Assembly (NCBI GenBank): GCA_043799675.1
Contig: JAZDNN010000031.1
Span: forward strand, 1 to 16,827
DNA: 16,827 bases
DNA from: Candidatus Aenigmatarchaeota archaeon
GTDB taxonomy: Archaea > Aenigmatarchaeota > Aenigmatarchaeia > Aenigmatarchaeales > JACQIB01
Direction of reading: 5' to 3'
Of this stretch, positions 15,838 to 16,827 are shown piece after piece; position 1 is the stretch's first letter; every line of letters starts with the position of its first letter. A program made the translations under genes and the position numbers. The notes below the pieces were generated by a model that saw nothing but the letters and a program-made list of their open reading frames with translations, was not told where the DNA came from and ran no database searches.

Positions 15838-16827
15838 ATGAAAGTAATGCTCCTGCAACCGCCGAGCAGGTTTTCTAAGAACGTGGCACGGGACCTGGTA
15901 TACGGCTGCTGGTGCAAAGGCAAGAGGATAGCGGCTGCAAGCTTCCCTCCCACGACCCAGCTTTCCATAATGACCGTTCTCAAGCAGGCCGGGCAGAAGG
16001 TGGTCCTGTTGGATGCGCAGGCTGACAAGATGTCCATGGAGCAGACAAAGGAAAACGTTAGGAAAGAGGCCCCTGACGTCCTGATAATACCCACCACCAC
16101 GACCACGTTCAACGAAGACTGCCAGACGCTCTCGGAGCTGAAAACGGAACTGCCAAAGCTCATCACGATGGCATACGGTTCCCATGTCACCTTTCGCCCC
16201 AAGGACGCCCTTGCAAAGGGCGGTCTGGACTTCTGTGTGATGCGTGAACCTGAATGGATAATACGGGACTTCTGCCGCGCCCTCGACGAAGGAAAGGACG
16301 GTAAGGAAATCAACGGCCTCGCTTTCAGGTCCGGCACCGGTATACACGTCAATCCGCCGTATCCTTGGATAGAACCTCTGGATGCCCTGCCGATACCCGA
16401 CCGTGCACCGGTACAGGATTATGCTTACTTCAATCCGCTGGTAAGGAAGATGCCATGGGCCACCGCAACCACCAGTCGGGGATGTCCGGGCCGTTGCATC
16501 TTCTGCACGTCCCCTTTCTTTTATGGAAACAACATGAGGTTCAATTCCGCGAAAAGGGTCGTAGATGAGATGGAATATTTGAAGGAGCTCGGTTACAAGG
16601 AAATTTTCTTCAGGGACGAGACCTTCACGGCAAACCGTCCAAGGGTTATGGAAATATGCAGGCTCATCAGGGAGCGCGGGATCAAAATGAGTTGGATATG
16701 CAACGGGCGTGTTGACACCGTTACCAAGGAAATGATGGCCGCAATGAAAGGGGCCGGTTGTCATCAGATAAAGTTCGGCGTCGAATCCGGCTCTCAGGAC
16801 GTACTTAACGGCATAAACAAAGGGATA
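15838..16827 (+). CDS. B12-binding-domain radical SAM protein (HpnJ/BchE-like architecture), 3' truncated by the window end
   Basis: Read manually; absent from the ORF track because it has no stop. MKVMLLQPPSRFSKNVARDLVYGCWCKGK...YGSHVT...REPEW...LDALPIPDR...TSRGCPGRCIFC (16483-16506)...FFRDETFT...KFGVESGSQDVL. Confidence 0.92.
   Translation, partial: MKVMLLQPPSRFSKNVARDLVYGCWCKGKRIAAASFPPTTQLSIMTVLKQAGQKVVLLDAQADKMSMEQTKENVRKEAPDVLIIPTTTTTFNEDCQTLSELKTELPKLITMAYGSHVTFRPKDALAKGGLDFCVMREPEWIIRDFCRALDEGKDGKEINGLAFRSGTGIHVNPPYPWIEPLDALPIPDRAPVQDYAYFNPLVRKMPWATATTSRGCPGRCIFCTSPFFYGNNMRFNSAKRVVDEMEYLKELGYKEIFFRDETFTANRPRVMEICRLIRERGIKMSWICNGRVDTVTKEMMAAMKGAGCHQIKFGVESGSQDVLNGINKGI

Noticed and set aside
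16091..16108. ACC/ACG run encoding PTTTTT as a possible phase-variable repeat
   Set aside because: An imperfect in-frame trinucleotide run at a position equivalent to ETSTPT in the paralogue, so explained by protein sequence.
15721..16764. 347-aa minus-strand ORF
   Set aside because: Antisense shadow of the plus-strand radical SAM gene; it has no motifs and crosses the divergent promoter.
1..16827. CRISPR arrays, tRNA/rRNA, IS elements, cobalamin riboswitch
   Set aside because: None seen. Intergenic gaps are at most ~110 nt and are occupied by promoter elements; no transposase or regularly spaced repeats were found by eye.

Overview
A dense locus of cell-surface glycan/glycolipid biosynthesis and tailoring genes, very probably archaeal. 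The evidence for an archaeal origin is nine TATA-box-like elements 22-30 nt upstream of inferred starts, apparently mostly leaderless genes, and GGTGA/GTGAT-type ribosome-binding sites. The window encodes a GT4 and a GT2 glycosyltransferase, an extended-SDR NDP-sugar epimerase/dehydratase, a WecC/WbpA-type nucleotide-sugar dehydrogenase and a CE4 deacetylase. It also encodes a DegT-fold enzyme with His in place of the PLP Lys (ColD/E1-type 3-dehydratase), a Wzx/MATE-like flippase, two class I methyltransferases and an uncharacterised ~500-aa probable alpha/alpha-barrel protein. A GT-C-like polytopic membrane gene is split by an apparent 1-nt frameshift at ~12640. Three cobalamin-binding-type radical SAM enzymes are present; the third (15838 to the window end) is missing from the ORF track. 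The most interesting features are the heavy radical-SAM/methyltransferase tailoring machinery embedded in a sugar pathway, the E1/ColD-intermediate dehydratase and the split GT-C gene. Many ORF-track starts are too long; corrected starts are given. All family calls come from motif recognition by eye, not database searches.
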